Shown here piece by piece: positions 50,268-60,105 of a stretch of 64,000 nucleotides of DNA. The DNA comes from Candidatus Bathyarchaeum tardum. Lineage in GTDB: Archaea > Thermoproteota > Bathyarchaeia > Bathyarchaeales > Bathyarchaeaceae. The position numbers were made by a program, and so were the translations under genes. Below the pieces are notes generated by a model. The model was given only the letters and a program-made list of their open reading frames with translations, was not told the origin of the DNA and did not search any database. Position 1 is the first letter of the stretch. Each line of letters starts with the position of its first letter. The stretch covers positions 224,001 through 288,000 of the forward strand of contig CP122380.1 in NCBI GenBank assembly GCA_024650005.2, read 5' to 3'.

Positions 50268-51314
50268 ATGGAACGCATAACTATGGCCCATGGCGCAGGC
50301 GGCACCGTCATGGCTGCTCTGATAAAAAATCATGTGGTCAAATACCTTGGGGGAAGCCACGCCGAAATTCCCCTAGAAGCCTTAGACGACTCCGCAGTAA
50401 TTGATAACATAGTTTTAAAATCTGATTCCCACGCAGTAAAACCCCTGTTCTTTCCAGGTGGTGACATCGGACGTCTTTCCATAGCTGGAACAGTAAATGA
50501 TATTTCAATGATAGGAGCCCAACCCGTCGCTCTTACTTGCGGAATGATCCTTGAAGAAGGACTTCCTATCAGCGACCTAGATAAAATCTTACAGAGCATG
50601 AAACAAGCCTGTGAAGAAGCCGGAGTTTACGTTGTTACTGGTGACACTAAAGTCATCGAAAAAAGCGGGTTTGGCGGATGCCTAATCAACACGTCAGGAA
50701 TCGGAAAAAGAAGCGAAGCATTAGAATACAACATTAGTGAAGTAAAAAAACATCGAAATTTCAAGCACCGTTGGTTGTTGGATTCCAATTTGCAAGATGG
50801 TGACAAACTAATAGTTTCTGGCACAGTAGGCGACCATGGAATAACTGTTTTGTCTGCCCAAGAAGGCTACAACTTTGGAAGTAATATTGTCTCGGATGTT
50901 GCACCTTTGAACAAGACAGTACAAAAAATTCTTGAAGTTGGAGGAATTGTTGCAATGAAAGACCCAACCCGTGGGGGTTTATCTAACTCGTTGAATGAAT
51001 GGAGCCAAAAATCCAACGTGGGTTTGATGGTGCACGAGTCAAAAATCCCTATTCGGGGTGATGTCAGGGCTGCGTGTGAAATGCTTGGGTTAGACGCCCT
51101 AGAAATTGGTAATGAAGGCAAAGTGCTAATTGGTGTTGTTCCGCAAAAAGCTGAAGAAGTTTTGTCAGTTCTGAGACAAACCAAAGAAGGCAAGAACGCC
51201 CAGATAATCGGTGAGGCAACCTGTGACTTTACTGAAGTAGTACTAGAAACCGTAGTGGGAGGAAAACGAATCTTAGCTCCACCCGTTGGAGACCCTATTC
51301 CAAGAATCTGCTAA
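50268..51314 (+). CDS. hypE: Hydrogenase maturation protein HypE
   Basis: HGAGG, FPGGDIG, GDTKV, DPTRGG and C-terminal PRIC. Confidence 0.97.
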   Translation: MERITMAHGAGGTVMAALIKNHVVKYLGGSHAEIPLEALDDSAVIDNIVLKSDSHAVKPLFFPGGDIGRLSIAGTVNDISMIGAQPVALTCGMILEEGLPISDLDKILQSMKQACEEAGVYVVTGDTKVIEKSGFGGCLINTSGIGKRSEALEYNISEVKKHRNFKHRWLLDSNLQDGDKLIVSGTVGDHGITVLSAQEGYNFGSNIVSDVAPLNKTVQKILEVGGIVAMKDPTRGGLSNSLNEWSQKSNVGLMVHESKIPIRGDVRAACEMLGLDALEIGNEGKVLIGVVPQKAEEVLSVLRQTKEGKNAQIIGEATCDFTEVVLETVVGGKRILAPPVGDPIPRIC

Positions 51315-51497
51315 AACAAACTCAATCTATGGTTTTATAAACAAGTATTCTTTACTTCCCATTGTTTATTCATAGGTAAGCCAAACAACCCATATTTTTA
51401 TTGACATAAATATGTTAAAAAAAATTTTACAATTTGATTTTCATGATGTCTAACTCTGCGATAAAGTATATACTCAGCTATATCTTTATAATATAAT

Positions 51498-51736
51498 ATC
51501 CCCGAGTTGGGGAGCATGCTCTGGTATTGCATTGAAGCAATTGAGCATACTACTCGAAACGGCTGAAGATTGGTATGCGACAAAGACTTTGCTTCTAAAG
51601 GGCTGAACAATACCTAAAGTGCAATGCGCATAGGCATCGAGTGCGTCCTTCAAAAAGACTGACGACAAACGCACGAATAAAACGATGTCCATGACGGGTC
51701 TAACATGCACCGAGGGCTTAGACTCAACTCGGGGAT
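51498..51736 (+). ncRNA. Candidate ~240-nt structured non-coding RNA, unidentified
   Basis: 12-bp perfect terminal helix, six nested helices and a possible pseudoknot; TATA-like box ~26 nt upstream; T-tract downstream. Confidence 0.65.
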
Positions 51737-51838
51737 TTTTGTTTTTCTACAAATTTAGGATTACAGTTTCCATTTTTTTGCCAAAAAAATTGGAGCTCAC
51801 AAAATACGCCTAGGTTAATTGGGATGTGAACCGATCAT

Positions 51839-52035
51839 ATTGTAAAAGAATTTGAATGGATGGTAGTACTCCGGTTGGTTGAAGTGAAGCGACTCAAAAC
51901 GTTGTTACTGAAGCACCAAAGACAATCAAGAACATTAACTGTATAGAAGTAAAACATTGAACTGCAAAAGACGCAAATGCAAAAACTATGGAATACCCTG
52001 TTGATGTGAAGATTTCTTTCATTGCGGATCAGTAA
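51839..52035 (+). pseudogene. Degraded dodecin family gene
   Basis: GSTPVG*SEATQNVVTEAPKTIKNI..IEVKH*TAK...EYPVDVKISF; two TGA codons plus a 5' frameshift. Confidence 0.7.
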
Positions 52036-52060
52036 ACTGTAAACGTTTTGGGCTAGTTTT

Positions 52061-52375
52061 TTATCCAACGCATTTTATTGTTTTTTCTTTATCTACTTCG
52101 TCTTTTAGTTGGTCCCATGTGAACATTTCAAAACAGATCAGAGTTTCTGTTTTTCGTATGTACCGAGAATTTCGCAGTTCGATAATTCTACGGTCAATGT
52201 CTTTCATGTCGCCGTGAAGTAAGCAGATGAAATCGTATGTGCCATGGACAAAGTCTGTGCGTTCTATCTTGGAGTCTAAAATAAGTCCCTTTTGTAGGAT
52301 TTCTTCACAGAATTCTTTTTCTTTTCCTGCAATAAGTTCAACTAGAACATATGCGCGAATACTTTGAGAGCTCAC
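52061..52375 (-). CDS. Stand-alone Lrp/AsnC ligand-binding (RAM) domain protein
   Basis: RAYVLV, VHGTYD and IRKTETLI motifs. Confidence 0.8.
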   Translation of the reverse strand: MSSQSIRAYVLVELIAGKEKEFCEEILQKGLILDSKIERTDFVHGTYDFICLLHGDMKDIDRRIIELRNSRYIRKTETLICFEMFTWDQLKDEVDKEKTIKCVG

Positions 52376-52500
52376 AAAATATAATATGTAATATCAAGCT
52401 TAAATTTTTTTTGAAGATTTAAATTTTGTTCATCGGCGTTTTTTGATTTGTTCGCTTAATGTTTAAACGGTAATCAAACAAACACATCTATTGCAGAAAA

Positions 52501-53064
52501 ATGCAAAACATGAACTTTGAATATCCCAAACTTGGAATTTGTGGGCTTTCTTGCCGGCTTTGTCCTATGTATCATACAGAAGGAAAAAGTAAATGTGGCG
52601 GCTGCAAAAGTGAGTTCAGGATTGCTGCTGGTTGTCCCTTTATCACTTGTGCAATTAAGAAAAAACAAATTGAATTTTGTTGGAACTGCAATGAACACAC
52701 AACTTGTGAAAAATGGAAAAAACACCGAGAAATAGGAAAAAAGTACGACTCATTCAAGTGTTATCAAAAGCTTGAAGCCAACATTGTTTTTATTCAAAAA
52801 AATGGGGTTATAAAATTTGAAAAGTTGCAACAGTCTAGGGAAAAATTGCTTGAAGAAATGTTAAAATTATTCAATGAAGGTCGTTCAAAACGGTATTATT
52901 GTATTGTGGCAACCGTTTTTGAAATTGAGGACCTACAAAAGCTCTTAAACAAAGCAACAGAAAAATCAAAAGGTCTAGATTTGAAAGAAAAATCTAAGTT
53001 ACTTCATTCTTTGTTGGATTCAACAGCACAGAAAAAGGGTTATTTGTTGAAACTACGCAAGTAA
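52501..53064 (+). CDS. DUF3795-like Cys-rich protein
   Basis: CGLSCRLC, CGGC, CPFITC and FCWNC motifs. Confidence 0.8.
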   Translation: MQNMNFEYPKLGICGLSCRLCPMYHTEGKSKCGGCKSEFRIAAGCPFITCAIKKKQIEFCWNCNEHTTCEKWKKHREIGKKYDSFKCYQKLEANIVFIQKNGVIKFEKLQQSREKLLEEMLKLFNEGRSKRYYCIVATVFEIEDLQKLLNKATEKSKGLDLKEKSKLLHSLLDSTAQKKGYLLKLRK

Positions 53065-53082
53065 TTCTTGTTTCTGTATGTG

Positions 53083-53688
53083 TTATATTATAAAGTTCCA
53101 CCCTGAGCTATGTCCGTGCCAGAAGAACTCGTGGAGTTCTCCTAGGCTTCTGAATCCGAAATTGTTTTTGATTGACTTGCAGAGTTCATTAAAGTCAAGA
53201 TAGTTTTCGGCAGTTTTCACGTTTAAATCGATAATTTCCCAATCCACTACATGGGCCAAAAAATCTTCAATTCCGTTTACGACGTTTTGGTGATAAATTG
53301 TATATTCGTCATTATTTACTGACGCCATAAGTTGCGAAACAAGACATGGATCAAAACCTTGCAAATCCATTACTGTTTGGAGCCTTTCTTTGAGGGGGCG
53401 GATTCCAAGGAACAGGTCAAAAAGTTTCAGTTTCACTTCGTTGAAATCGTTGGCTACCACAATAGTTTCTGCTAATTGTTTGGATACACTTTTGGGCAAA
53501 AACAGTTTGCTCAGTAACAATTTTTTGAATTCATCTGGCGTTAGGTTAACCAGTTCTGTGGTTAATTTTGGTTTGAGTTTTGCAGAACGTAGATCGTGCC
53601 AAATAACGTCAGGGTAATGGTACTCTGCCATTCTGAACCGTTCAAGAACCTCATTAACATTCAATTTTTTCACTTCCAAAAACGGCAA
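53083..53688 (-). CDS. Hypothetical protein
   Basis: 201-aa ORF downstream of hypD; weak resemblance to HhH-like helical domains. Confidence 0.65.
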   Translation of the reverse strand: MPFLEVKKLNVNEVLERFRMAEYHYPDVIWHDLRSAKLKPKLTTELVNLTPDEFKKLLLSKLFLPKSVSKQLAETIVVANDFNEVKLKLFDLFLGIRPLKERLQTVMDLQGFDPCLVSQLMASVNNDEYTIYHQNVVNGIEDFLAHVVDWEIIDLNVKTAENYLDFNELCKSIKNNFGFRSLGELHEFFWHGHSSGWNFII

Positions 53689-53735
53689 ACCGATACTATT
53701 AATTGTGTTTTCAGAAGATATAAGCCTTCGTTCGC

Positions 53736-54830
53736 CTAAAATTTTGTTACTTTATGTTTTGCCCAAATTCTACATGTGCCTTCGTTAGAAACCATGCACG
53801 CTCCTTTCGGAGACTCGGGATTACATTCTGTTAGGTAACTTGGACATTCTGACGGTCTAATCCTGCCGACCATAACCAAATGACATAAACACCCCTTCAA
53901 AATATCTTTTGAATCCTTGATGTGCAAATCATATTTTGAACGCGTGTCGTATTTCTCAAAGTCTTTTTTTAATACTAACCCCGATTTAGGAATCTTTCCA
54001 ATTCCCCGCCACTTTCCATCTACGACATCAAAAACTTGTTCAACCAATTTTTGAGCCTTAACATTGCCTTCCCACGAAACAACCCGGCTGTACTCATTTT
54101 CTAATCTGGCTTTACCATCTTTAAGTTGTTTCAAAAGCATGTCCACAGCAAACAAAATGTCCAACGGCTCAAAACCCGCTGCAACTGTTGGCATACAATA
54201 TTTTTTAGGAAAAATTTCGTAAGGCTTCATTCCTGCAATCGTGCAAACATGACCTGCAGCAATAAAACCATCGATCTGCAAGTCTTCAATTCCTAGAAGC
54301 AATTCCATGGCTGGTGGAATAACCCTGTGAGAAACAAGAAAACTAAAATTTTCAGGCGGATTACTAATCAGTTCAACTGCAGTAGCAGGGGTAGTGGTTT
54401 CAAAACCAATAGCAAGAAACACAAACTCTTTTTCTGGATTCTTTTTTGCCATCTGTATCGCGTCATGTAACCCGTAAACTATTCTAACGTCTGCTCCTGC
54501 AGCTTTTGCTTTTTGCAAGGACGTTGTTGAACCCGGAACTCTGATAAGGTCACCAAAACTGGTAATTGTTACTCCCTTTTCTGCGAGAGCTATGGCTTCA
54601 TCGATGTCTGCTGCTGGAAGAATGCAAACAGGGCATCCTGGACCTGCAATTACTTCTACGCCCTGTGGAAGAAGGGACCGAAGACCAAAATGGGTAATAG
54701 TCCATTCGTGGGTTCCGCAGACGTGACAAAACTTTACTGGGTGTTCTGGAGCAATTTTTTTGATGTGCTCTGCAGCTTTTTTTGCTAGTTGGGGGTCTCG
54801 GAAGTTTTCGGGGTTATTGTTGATTGTCAT
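53736..54830 (-). CDS. hypD: Hydrogenase maturation protein HypD
   Basis: VCGTH, GPGCPVC, GFETT and GACMVSNEGTC motifs. Confidence 0.97.
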   Translation of the reverse strand: MTINNNPENFRDPQLAKKAAEHIKKIAPEHPVKFCHVCGTHEWTITHFGLRSLLPQGVEVIAGPGCPVCILPAADIDEAIALAEKGVTITSFGDLIRVPGSTTSLQKAKAAGADVRIVYGLHDAIQMAKKNPEKEFVFLAIGFETTTPATAVELISNPPENFSFLVSHRVIPPAMELLLGIEDLQIDGFIAAGHVCTIAGMKPYEIFPKKYCMPTVAAGFEPLDILFAVDMLLKQLKDGKARLENEYSRVVSWEGNVKAQKLVEQVFDVVDGKWRGIGKIPKSGLVLKKDFEKYDTRSKYDLHIKDSKDILKGCLCHLVMVGRIRPSECPSYLTECNPESPKGACMVSNEGTCRIWAKHKVTKF

Positions 54831-55215
54831 TGTCTTTTTCCTGCGGTTTGAGAATTGTTATACTCTTTATTGTGCATTCTTTTCCTTCAACTATTTTTGC
54901 TTCTTTTCCACATTTCGGACATTTCAACGTTGGAACTGGAATATGATAAGTTGGGTCATCTTTGATGGGTACTGGACCTTTGAATCCACAACTGCTGCAT
55001 TGTATGACTCCATTATTTTCTTCAATTATTAGTTTAGAGTCTTTCAAAATTGTGTCTTTTACTAAAATGCCGTAAGAGAAGCGTATTTGGTCGATGCCCA
55101 GAAACGTCATTTTTCCAATAACCAACTGAACTTCAGAAACTTTTTTTGCACCATGCCTTTTTGCTTCTTCCAAAATATTTTCTACGATTTGTGTCGCCAT
55201 GGAAAATTCATGCAC
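54814..55215 (-). CDS. hypA: Hydrogenase nickel metallochaperone HypA
   Basis: GTG start gives the MHE N-terminus; CSSC and CPKC motifs. Confidence 0.95.
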   Translation of the reverse strand: MHEFSMATQIVENILEEAKRHGAKKVSEVQLVIGKMTFLGIDQIRFSYGILVKDTILKDSKLIIEENNGVIQCSSCGFKGPVPIKDDPTYHIPVPTLKCPKCGKEAKIVEGKECTIKSITILKPQEKDNDNQQ

Positions 55216-55231
55216 CTTAAAAATCTCCAAA

Positions 55232-55918
55232 CTACAGTTCCAATGCCTTGATTAGTTCTTCAACACCCTCCCCTGTTAGAGCGTTAGTAATCGCAACTTT
55301 CACGTTGGGTTTTACTTCTTTAGCTTGATTCTCAAGTTGTTTTGTGTCGATTTTCATTGTTTTGGCTAAATCTTTCTTGTTTATAACCATAATATCAGCA
55401 TTCATGAAAGTAAACGGATGCTTGAGTACCATGTATGGACCTTCAGTAACGCTGATTACAACTACCCGTTTGTCTGTGCCCAAGGGAAATTCGGCAGGAC
55501 AGATAAGATTGCCAACGTTTTCGATAATCAACAAATCAATGTTTTCTATCTTGATTTTTTCTACCGCTTTTGAAACCACGTGAGCGTCTAAATGGCATTC
55601 TCGTCCAGTGTTAATGGTAACCACCTGAACCCCATGGCGCCCTATCCGTTCTGCGTCTATAGTAGTTGTTAGGTCACCTTTGAAAACTGCAATTCGGTAA
55701 TTTTGTTTAAGTTTCTGGACAAGCTGTTCAATTAGGCTGGTTTTTCCAGCACCTATGGAACCCATGATGTCGATTGCTTTCACGTTATGTTTCTTTAGCA
55801 TTTCTTGATTTTTTCTGGCAAACTCCTTGTTAACTTGCAAGATGTTCATTCCGGGCTTTAATTCAAGGCTCACTTCGTTACCATTTATCACTTGTTTGTT
55901 TTTTGTCAATATGTTCAC
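55232..55918 (-). CDS. hypB: Hydrogenase nickel-insertion GTPase HypB
   Basis: GAGKT, CHLDA, ENVGNLICP and NKKD motifs. Confidence 0.96.
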   Translation of the reverse strand: MNILTKNKQVINGNEVSLELKPGMNILQVNKEFARKNQEMLKKHNVKAIDIMGSIGAGKTSLIEQLVQKLKQNYRIAVFKGDLTTTIDAERIGRHGVQVVTINTGRECHLDAHVVSKAVEKIKIENIDLLIIENVGNLICPAEFPLGTDKRVVVISVTEGPYMVLKHPFTFMNADIMVINKKDLAKTMKIDTKQLENQAKEVKPNVKVAITNALTGEGVEELIKALEL

Positions 55919-55922
55919 GCCT

Positions 55923-56141
55923 TTAACTTTGTTCCAAAACTTGACGCCACATGTCTAGGCTCTCTTGTGCGGCTTTTTGATCCAGCTTTTCGATGGCATA
56001 TCCTGCATGAACTAATACATATTCTCCTACCTGAGCGTCAACTAGCATAACGTTTACTTCTCGGGCAACGCCTTGCCCAAAATCTACCTTGGCAATGTTC
56101 CCGTTAACTTCAAGAACTTTTGCCGGAATTGCGAGACACAA
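55923..56141 (-). CDS. hypC: HypC chaperone
   Basis: MCLAIP and VLVHAGYA motifs. Confidence 0.97.
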   Translation of the reverse strand: MCLAIPAKVLEVNGNIAKVDFGQGVAREVNVMLVDAQVGEYVLVHAGYAIEKLDQKAAQESLDMWRQVLEQS

Positions 56142-56224
56142 ATTTTCTCACCCTAAATTGTTTAGAAACCAGAAACTAACGTTCTGTAACCATGAAAAGT
56201 GACTGAATTCCCCATTTATTTAAC

Positions 56225-58498
56225 CTATTGGTTTTGCTTCAAACCAGCAACTACTGCTTGTCCAAAAGAAGTTCCACCATCCCCAGCAGGAATTTTATTG
56301 TGAACAAGGAACCTAAACCCAGCATTTTCTACAGTTTTTCGTATTGTTGCTGTTATGTGCTCGTTGTAGGCGACTCCTCCGGAAAAACCAACGTCTTTCA
56401 CTTTTAGTTGCTCTGCATGTTTCACTGCCAACTCCCCTAAGCCCCTGCCCAAATATGATTGAGCAGAACACGCCAAATCTGCTAAAGAAACTTTGGCTTT
56501 GTTACTGAAAATTTCATGAACCATAAACGCTGTATCCAGCACGTTATCCTTGATTTTGGGAACCAACTTCAGTACATCTTTACCTTTTGCTGCCACAGAT
56601 TCCAGTTTCATTGCAGGTTCCCCTTCGTAACTGCGCTCATAACAGATACCCAACAACGCCGAAACAGCATCCAGCACGCGTCCGCAACTGGTGGTTGTTG
56701 GTGCTGTTCCTTTTTCTAACTGTTTGATTATCAGTTCTGCTTCAACTTTTCCGTGGGGCAAATGATTACTGCTGGAAATTAGCCAATCTGTAATGTCCAT
56801 TTTTTTGTTTAATATTCCTGCAGCAATGCGCAACGGATGGTATGTTGCGAGGTCGCCTCCAACTATTGGTTGGGGTTCAAGGTTAGCTAACCGTTTGGAG
56901 CCTTCATTGTTAGAGTACAAGACTTCTCCTCCCCATGCTGAGCCGTCAGAGCCATATCCGTAACCATCACATGTTATTGCAACGACTTCTTGGGTTTCCC
57001 ATTCTGCCATCAACGCTGCGGCATGGGCATGATGATGTTGAACCTGAACAACCGGACAATCCAGTTTGGCTGCTAAATCTTGAGCCAATTTAGTTGTGGT
57101 AAATCGCGGATGAAGGTCACAGGCTACTGTTCCGATTTTGCAGTTGGTTAACTTGGTCAAATGAGTTATCGAATCTTTAAGAAAACGCAGGTTCTCTAGG
57201 TTTTCTACATCGCCGATGTGCTGAGAAATAAACGCCCTGTTTTGAGAAAGTATGCATGAAGTAACATTTAGTTCTCCTCCAACTGCCAAGACACAACGGT
57301 CCGACACAAATTTAACCTGAACCGGTTCGGGAACATATCCCCTTGAGCGCCGAATCAACGATGGATCTTTGCCGTGAAAACGAACAACAGAATCGTCACA
57401 TCTTTTAGCTAATGCTCTGTTGTGCATCAAAAAATACTCAACAGTTTTCCCCAGTTTTTGTATTGCTTGGTTGTTGTCTATAACTATGGGTTCGCTAGGC
57501 GGATTGGCGCTAGTCATTACAAAGGCTGGCTCTTTAACCTGATCAAAGAGCATGGCATGCAATCCCGTGTAAGGAAGCATCACACCCAATGTGTGTAGTT
57601 GGGGCGAAACTAATTCTGAAAGATAATATTTTGGGCTTTTTTTGAGCAAAACAATCGGCTTACGGCACGAAATCAAAAGCTCAGTTTCCCACTGATTTAA
57701 TTCCGCAAATGTTCTAACTGTTTCCAAATCTGGAGCCATTACCCCAAAAGGTTTGTTTTTTCGATGCTTGTCTATTCGTAACTTTGCTATTGGCTCTGGG
57801 TTTATAGTAGAAGTGGCAACATGAAAACCTCCATTTCCTTTAATGGCAACAACATTGCCTTCTTCTAGCAGCCTTCCTGTTTCCCTGATTGGGTCTCTCG
57901 AATCAATTGGTTCTCCCTTGTTTGTTACAAGGTACGCTTTTGGTCCACATTTTAGGCATGCAACTGTTTGGGCGTGAAATCTGCGGTTTGATGGGTCACT
58001 GTATTCTTTGGTGCAGGCTTCACACATGGGAAATTGGTTCATGGTTGTGTTTGATCTATCGTAGGGAATGCTGTTGATTATGGTGTATCGTGGTCCGCAA
58101 TCTGTGCAGGTTGTAAAAAAATAGTTGAAACGCCTGTTTTTGGGGGCACGCATTTCTTGTAAACATTCGTCACAGATTGAAACGTCTGGTGGAATTACAG
58201 AGCCTGAAAGCTCTGTTTCTCTTGAGCTTTTGATTATCTTGAATTCTGTAAATTCTTGTTCTTGTTTTTTGTAGTTTACTTGGGTATTGTAGAGTTGTGC
58301 CAAAACAGGTTTTTTTGTTTCCAAATCTTTCAGGAACTGCTTGATGTCTGATTGTTTGCCTTCCAAAACGATTTTGACTCCAGCGTCACCCCTGTTTCGC
58401 ACAAAGCCTGTTAACTTGTTGTTTAGTGCTGTTCGGTAAATGAATGGGCGAATACCAACGCCCTGAACTATGCCGCTGACCAGTATTTCGGCACGCAA
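56225..58498 (-). CDS. hypF: Carbamoyltransferase HypF
   Basis: GIVQGVG.RP, CTDCGPRY, RRFHAQ, QHHHAH and DGG.SFGQ motifs. Confidence 0.97.
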   Translation of the reverse strand: MRAEILVSGIVQGVGIRPFIYRTALNNKLTGFVRNRGDAGVKIVLEGKQSDIKQFLKDLETKKPVLAQLYNTQVNYKKQEQEFTEFKIIKSSRETELSGSVIPPDVSICDECLQEMRAPKNRRFNYFFTTCTDCGPRYTIINSIPYDRSNTTMNQFPMCEACTKEYSDPSNRRFHAQTVACLKCGPKAYLVTNKGEPIDSRDPIRETGRLLEEGNVVAIKGNGGFHVATSTINPEPIAKLRIDKHRKNKPFGVMAPDLETVRTFAELNQWETELLISCRKPIVLLKKSPKYYLSELVSPQLHTLGVMLPYTGLHAMLFDQVKEPAFVMTSANPPSEPIVIDNNQAIQKLGKTVEYFLMHNRALAKRCDDSVVRFHGKDPSLIRRSRGYVPEPVQVKFVSDRCVLAVGGELNVTSCILSQNRAFISQHIGDVENLENLRFLKDSITHLTKLTNCKIGTVACDLHPRFTTTKLAQDLAAKLDCPVVQVQHHHAHAAALMAEWETQEVVAITCDGYGYGSDGSAWGGEVLYSNNEGSKRLANLEPQPIVGGDLATYHPLRIAAGILNKKMDITDWLISSSNHLPHGKVEAELIIKQLEKGTAPTTTSCGRVLDAVSALLGICYERSYEGEPAMKLESVAAKGKDVLKLVPKIKDNVLDTAFMVHEIFSNKAKVSLADLACSAQSYLGRGLGELAVKHAEQLKVKDVGFSGGVAYNEHITATIRKTVENAGFRFLVHNKIPAGDGGTSFGQAVVAGLKQNQ

Positions 58499-58612
58499 AG
58501 GCTAGCAAAACTCCCGTAAACTAGAAAAACAGTTTCGTTTGGGCAACTAATAAAGGGAATCATTTTACCGTAAACTTTTTATCGATATGTTTACTTGTGC
58601 ATATCGGTTTCC

Positions 58613-59170
58613 ATGGAAAACAAAACGCAAGCCCTTCAGGCAAACATCAAAAAAACAAAAACAGTAGACTTGGTCACCATATCCCTTTTGGCAAGTTTGG
58701 GTCTTGCATCAAAAAGCATTCTCAGACCACTGGTTGGCGTGATAACCAGTTCTTTATACATTCCAACTGGGGCTGTGGCTGGAGGACTGTACATGATGTG
58801 GCCTGTAATCGCGTATGGGCTTGTGCGAAAACGTGGAGCTGCAACCACGATCTCGCTGGTTCAAGCGATAATCAGCCTAGTATCTCCTTTTGGAAATTTT
58901 GGCATTTTCTCCTTTGTTATCTATCTTGCTCCGGGATTGGCAATCGACGCGTTTCTGTTTTTGACTCGACACAAATCATGTTGCATGGCCTGCTGTTTTG
59001 GAGCTTCTGCCATTGCAAATGTAGTAGGAACAGCATTAGTTGGCGTTTTAGTTCTTGCCTTACCAACGGTTCCATTGATGTTCTCGTTAATTTTGGCTGC
59101 AATAAGCGGAGGTTTGGGTGGATTTATCGCAAACACGGTACTGGTTGAATGCAAAAAAATAGGATTTTGA
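58613..59170 (+). CDS. ECF transporter S-component
   Basis: About 6 TM segments; GGLYMMW...LVRKRGAA, GLAID and SGGLGG motifs of MptD/YkoE-like S-components. Confidence 0.8.
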   Translation: MENKTQALQANIKKTKTVDLVTISLLASLGLASKSILRPLVGVITSSLYIPTGAVAGGLYMMWPVIAYGLVRKRGAATTISLVQAIISLVSPFGNFGIFSFVIYLAPGLAIDAFLFLTRHKSCCMACCFGASAIANVVGTALVGVLVLALPTVPLMFSLILAAISGGLGGFIANTVLVECKKIGF

Positions 59171-59180
59171 GGAAAAAATC

Positions 59181-60089
59181 ATGAACAATAAAGTAATAAT
59201 TGCTGTAATTGTTATCACAATAATTGGAGTGTCTGCAGGAGCTTACCTGTTATTGCCTTCTGCTTTTGGAAACAGTTTGCTTCCTTCAGGGACTGCCCCC
59301 GACTGGGAAATCACCGTTTCCGGAGAGGGCACAACCACTACAGTTGTGTCTGTTAGTGACATGACTGAAATGCCCCTCACGAACGTGACTCACACCATCA
59401 AAGGTGAAATTGCAACCTATGTTGGGGTTTTGTTTAATGATTTTTGTGAGCAAAGCGGAGTTAGTTGGTGTGCAGGACCAGTAGAAGTAACTGCTTCTGA
59501 TGGTTACGCAAAAACTGTAAACCTGTATCAAGCTTGGAACAGCACCCAATATCCCGAAGAAAAAATGATTCTTGCCTTTGTGAAGGATGGCGAATACATG
59601 ACCGAAGAAACTGGCGGTCCAGTTCAGTTGATTGCTCCTTCCCTTGCTAGCCAGTATCAAATCAAAAACATTGCCAGTATTAACGTGGGGCTTTGGGCAA
59701 TTCAAGTATCTGGTGGAGTTTCAAACCCAATGAACATAACTGGACTAGACATAACCGGCTTTGAAACCAAAACGGTGCAATTGGCTTTTGCTCCGGGTGG
59801 TGAACCCCAACGAACCTCAAATTGGACTGGAGCCGATTTGTGGGATATTCTTGAAGCGGCTGGGGTTTCTGAGTCCGCGACCACAATCAAAATTACTGCC
59901 ATCGATGGCTATGCACGAGAATACACCATGACACAAGCCCAAGTTGACGGAATGCTTGTTGGTTACATGGAAAACGGCGAATACTTGACTGTTAAGGACG
60001 GTCGACCTTTCCGTTTGTTCATGGAAGATCCCGAACTAAAATGGGGACAATACTGGGTCCGATGGGTTGCCCAAATAGAAGTCTACTAA
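59181..60089 (+). CDS. Membrane-anchored protein with two sulfite-oxidase-type molybdopterin-binding domains
   Basis: N-terminal TM; two repeats of (Y/W).G..., DGY, GP.QL / RPFRL, ending WV.WV..IEV. Confidence 0.8.
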   Translation: MNNKVIIAVIVITIIGVSAGAYLLLPSAFGNSLLPSGTAPDWEITVSGEGTTTTVVSVSDMTEMPLTNVTHTIKGEIATYVGVLFNDFCEQSGVSWCAGPVEVTASDGYAKTVNLYQAWNSTQYPEEKMILAFVKDGEYMTEETGGPVQLIAPSLASQYQIKNIASINVGLWAIQVSGGVSNPMNITGLDITGFETKTVQLAFAPGGEPQRTSNWTGADLWDILEAAGVSESATTIKITAIDGYAREYTMTQAQVDGMLVGYMENGEYLTVKDGRPFRLFMEDPELKWGQYWVRWVAQIEVY

Positions 60090-60105
60090 ACGAGTGAAAT
60101 AAACA

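Noticed and set aside
51839-52035. Selenocysteine or TGA recoding in dodecin
   Set aside because: The positions fit Trp rather than Cys, the gene also has a frameshift, and HdrA/MvhD here use ordinary Cys
51398-52068. Minus-strand ORFs 51398-51610, 51486-51710 and 51835-52068
   Set aside because: No protein-like features; they are antisense to the RNA candidate and the dodecin remnant
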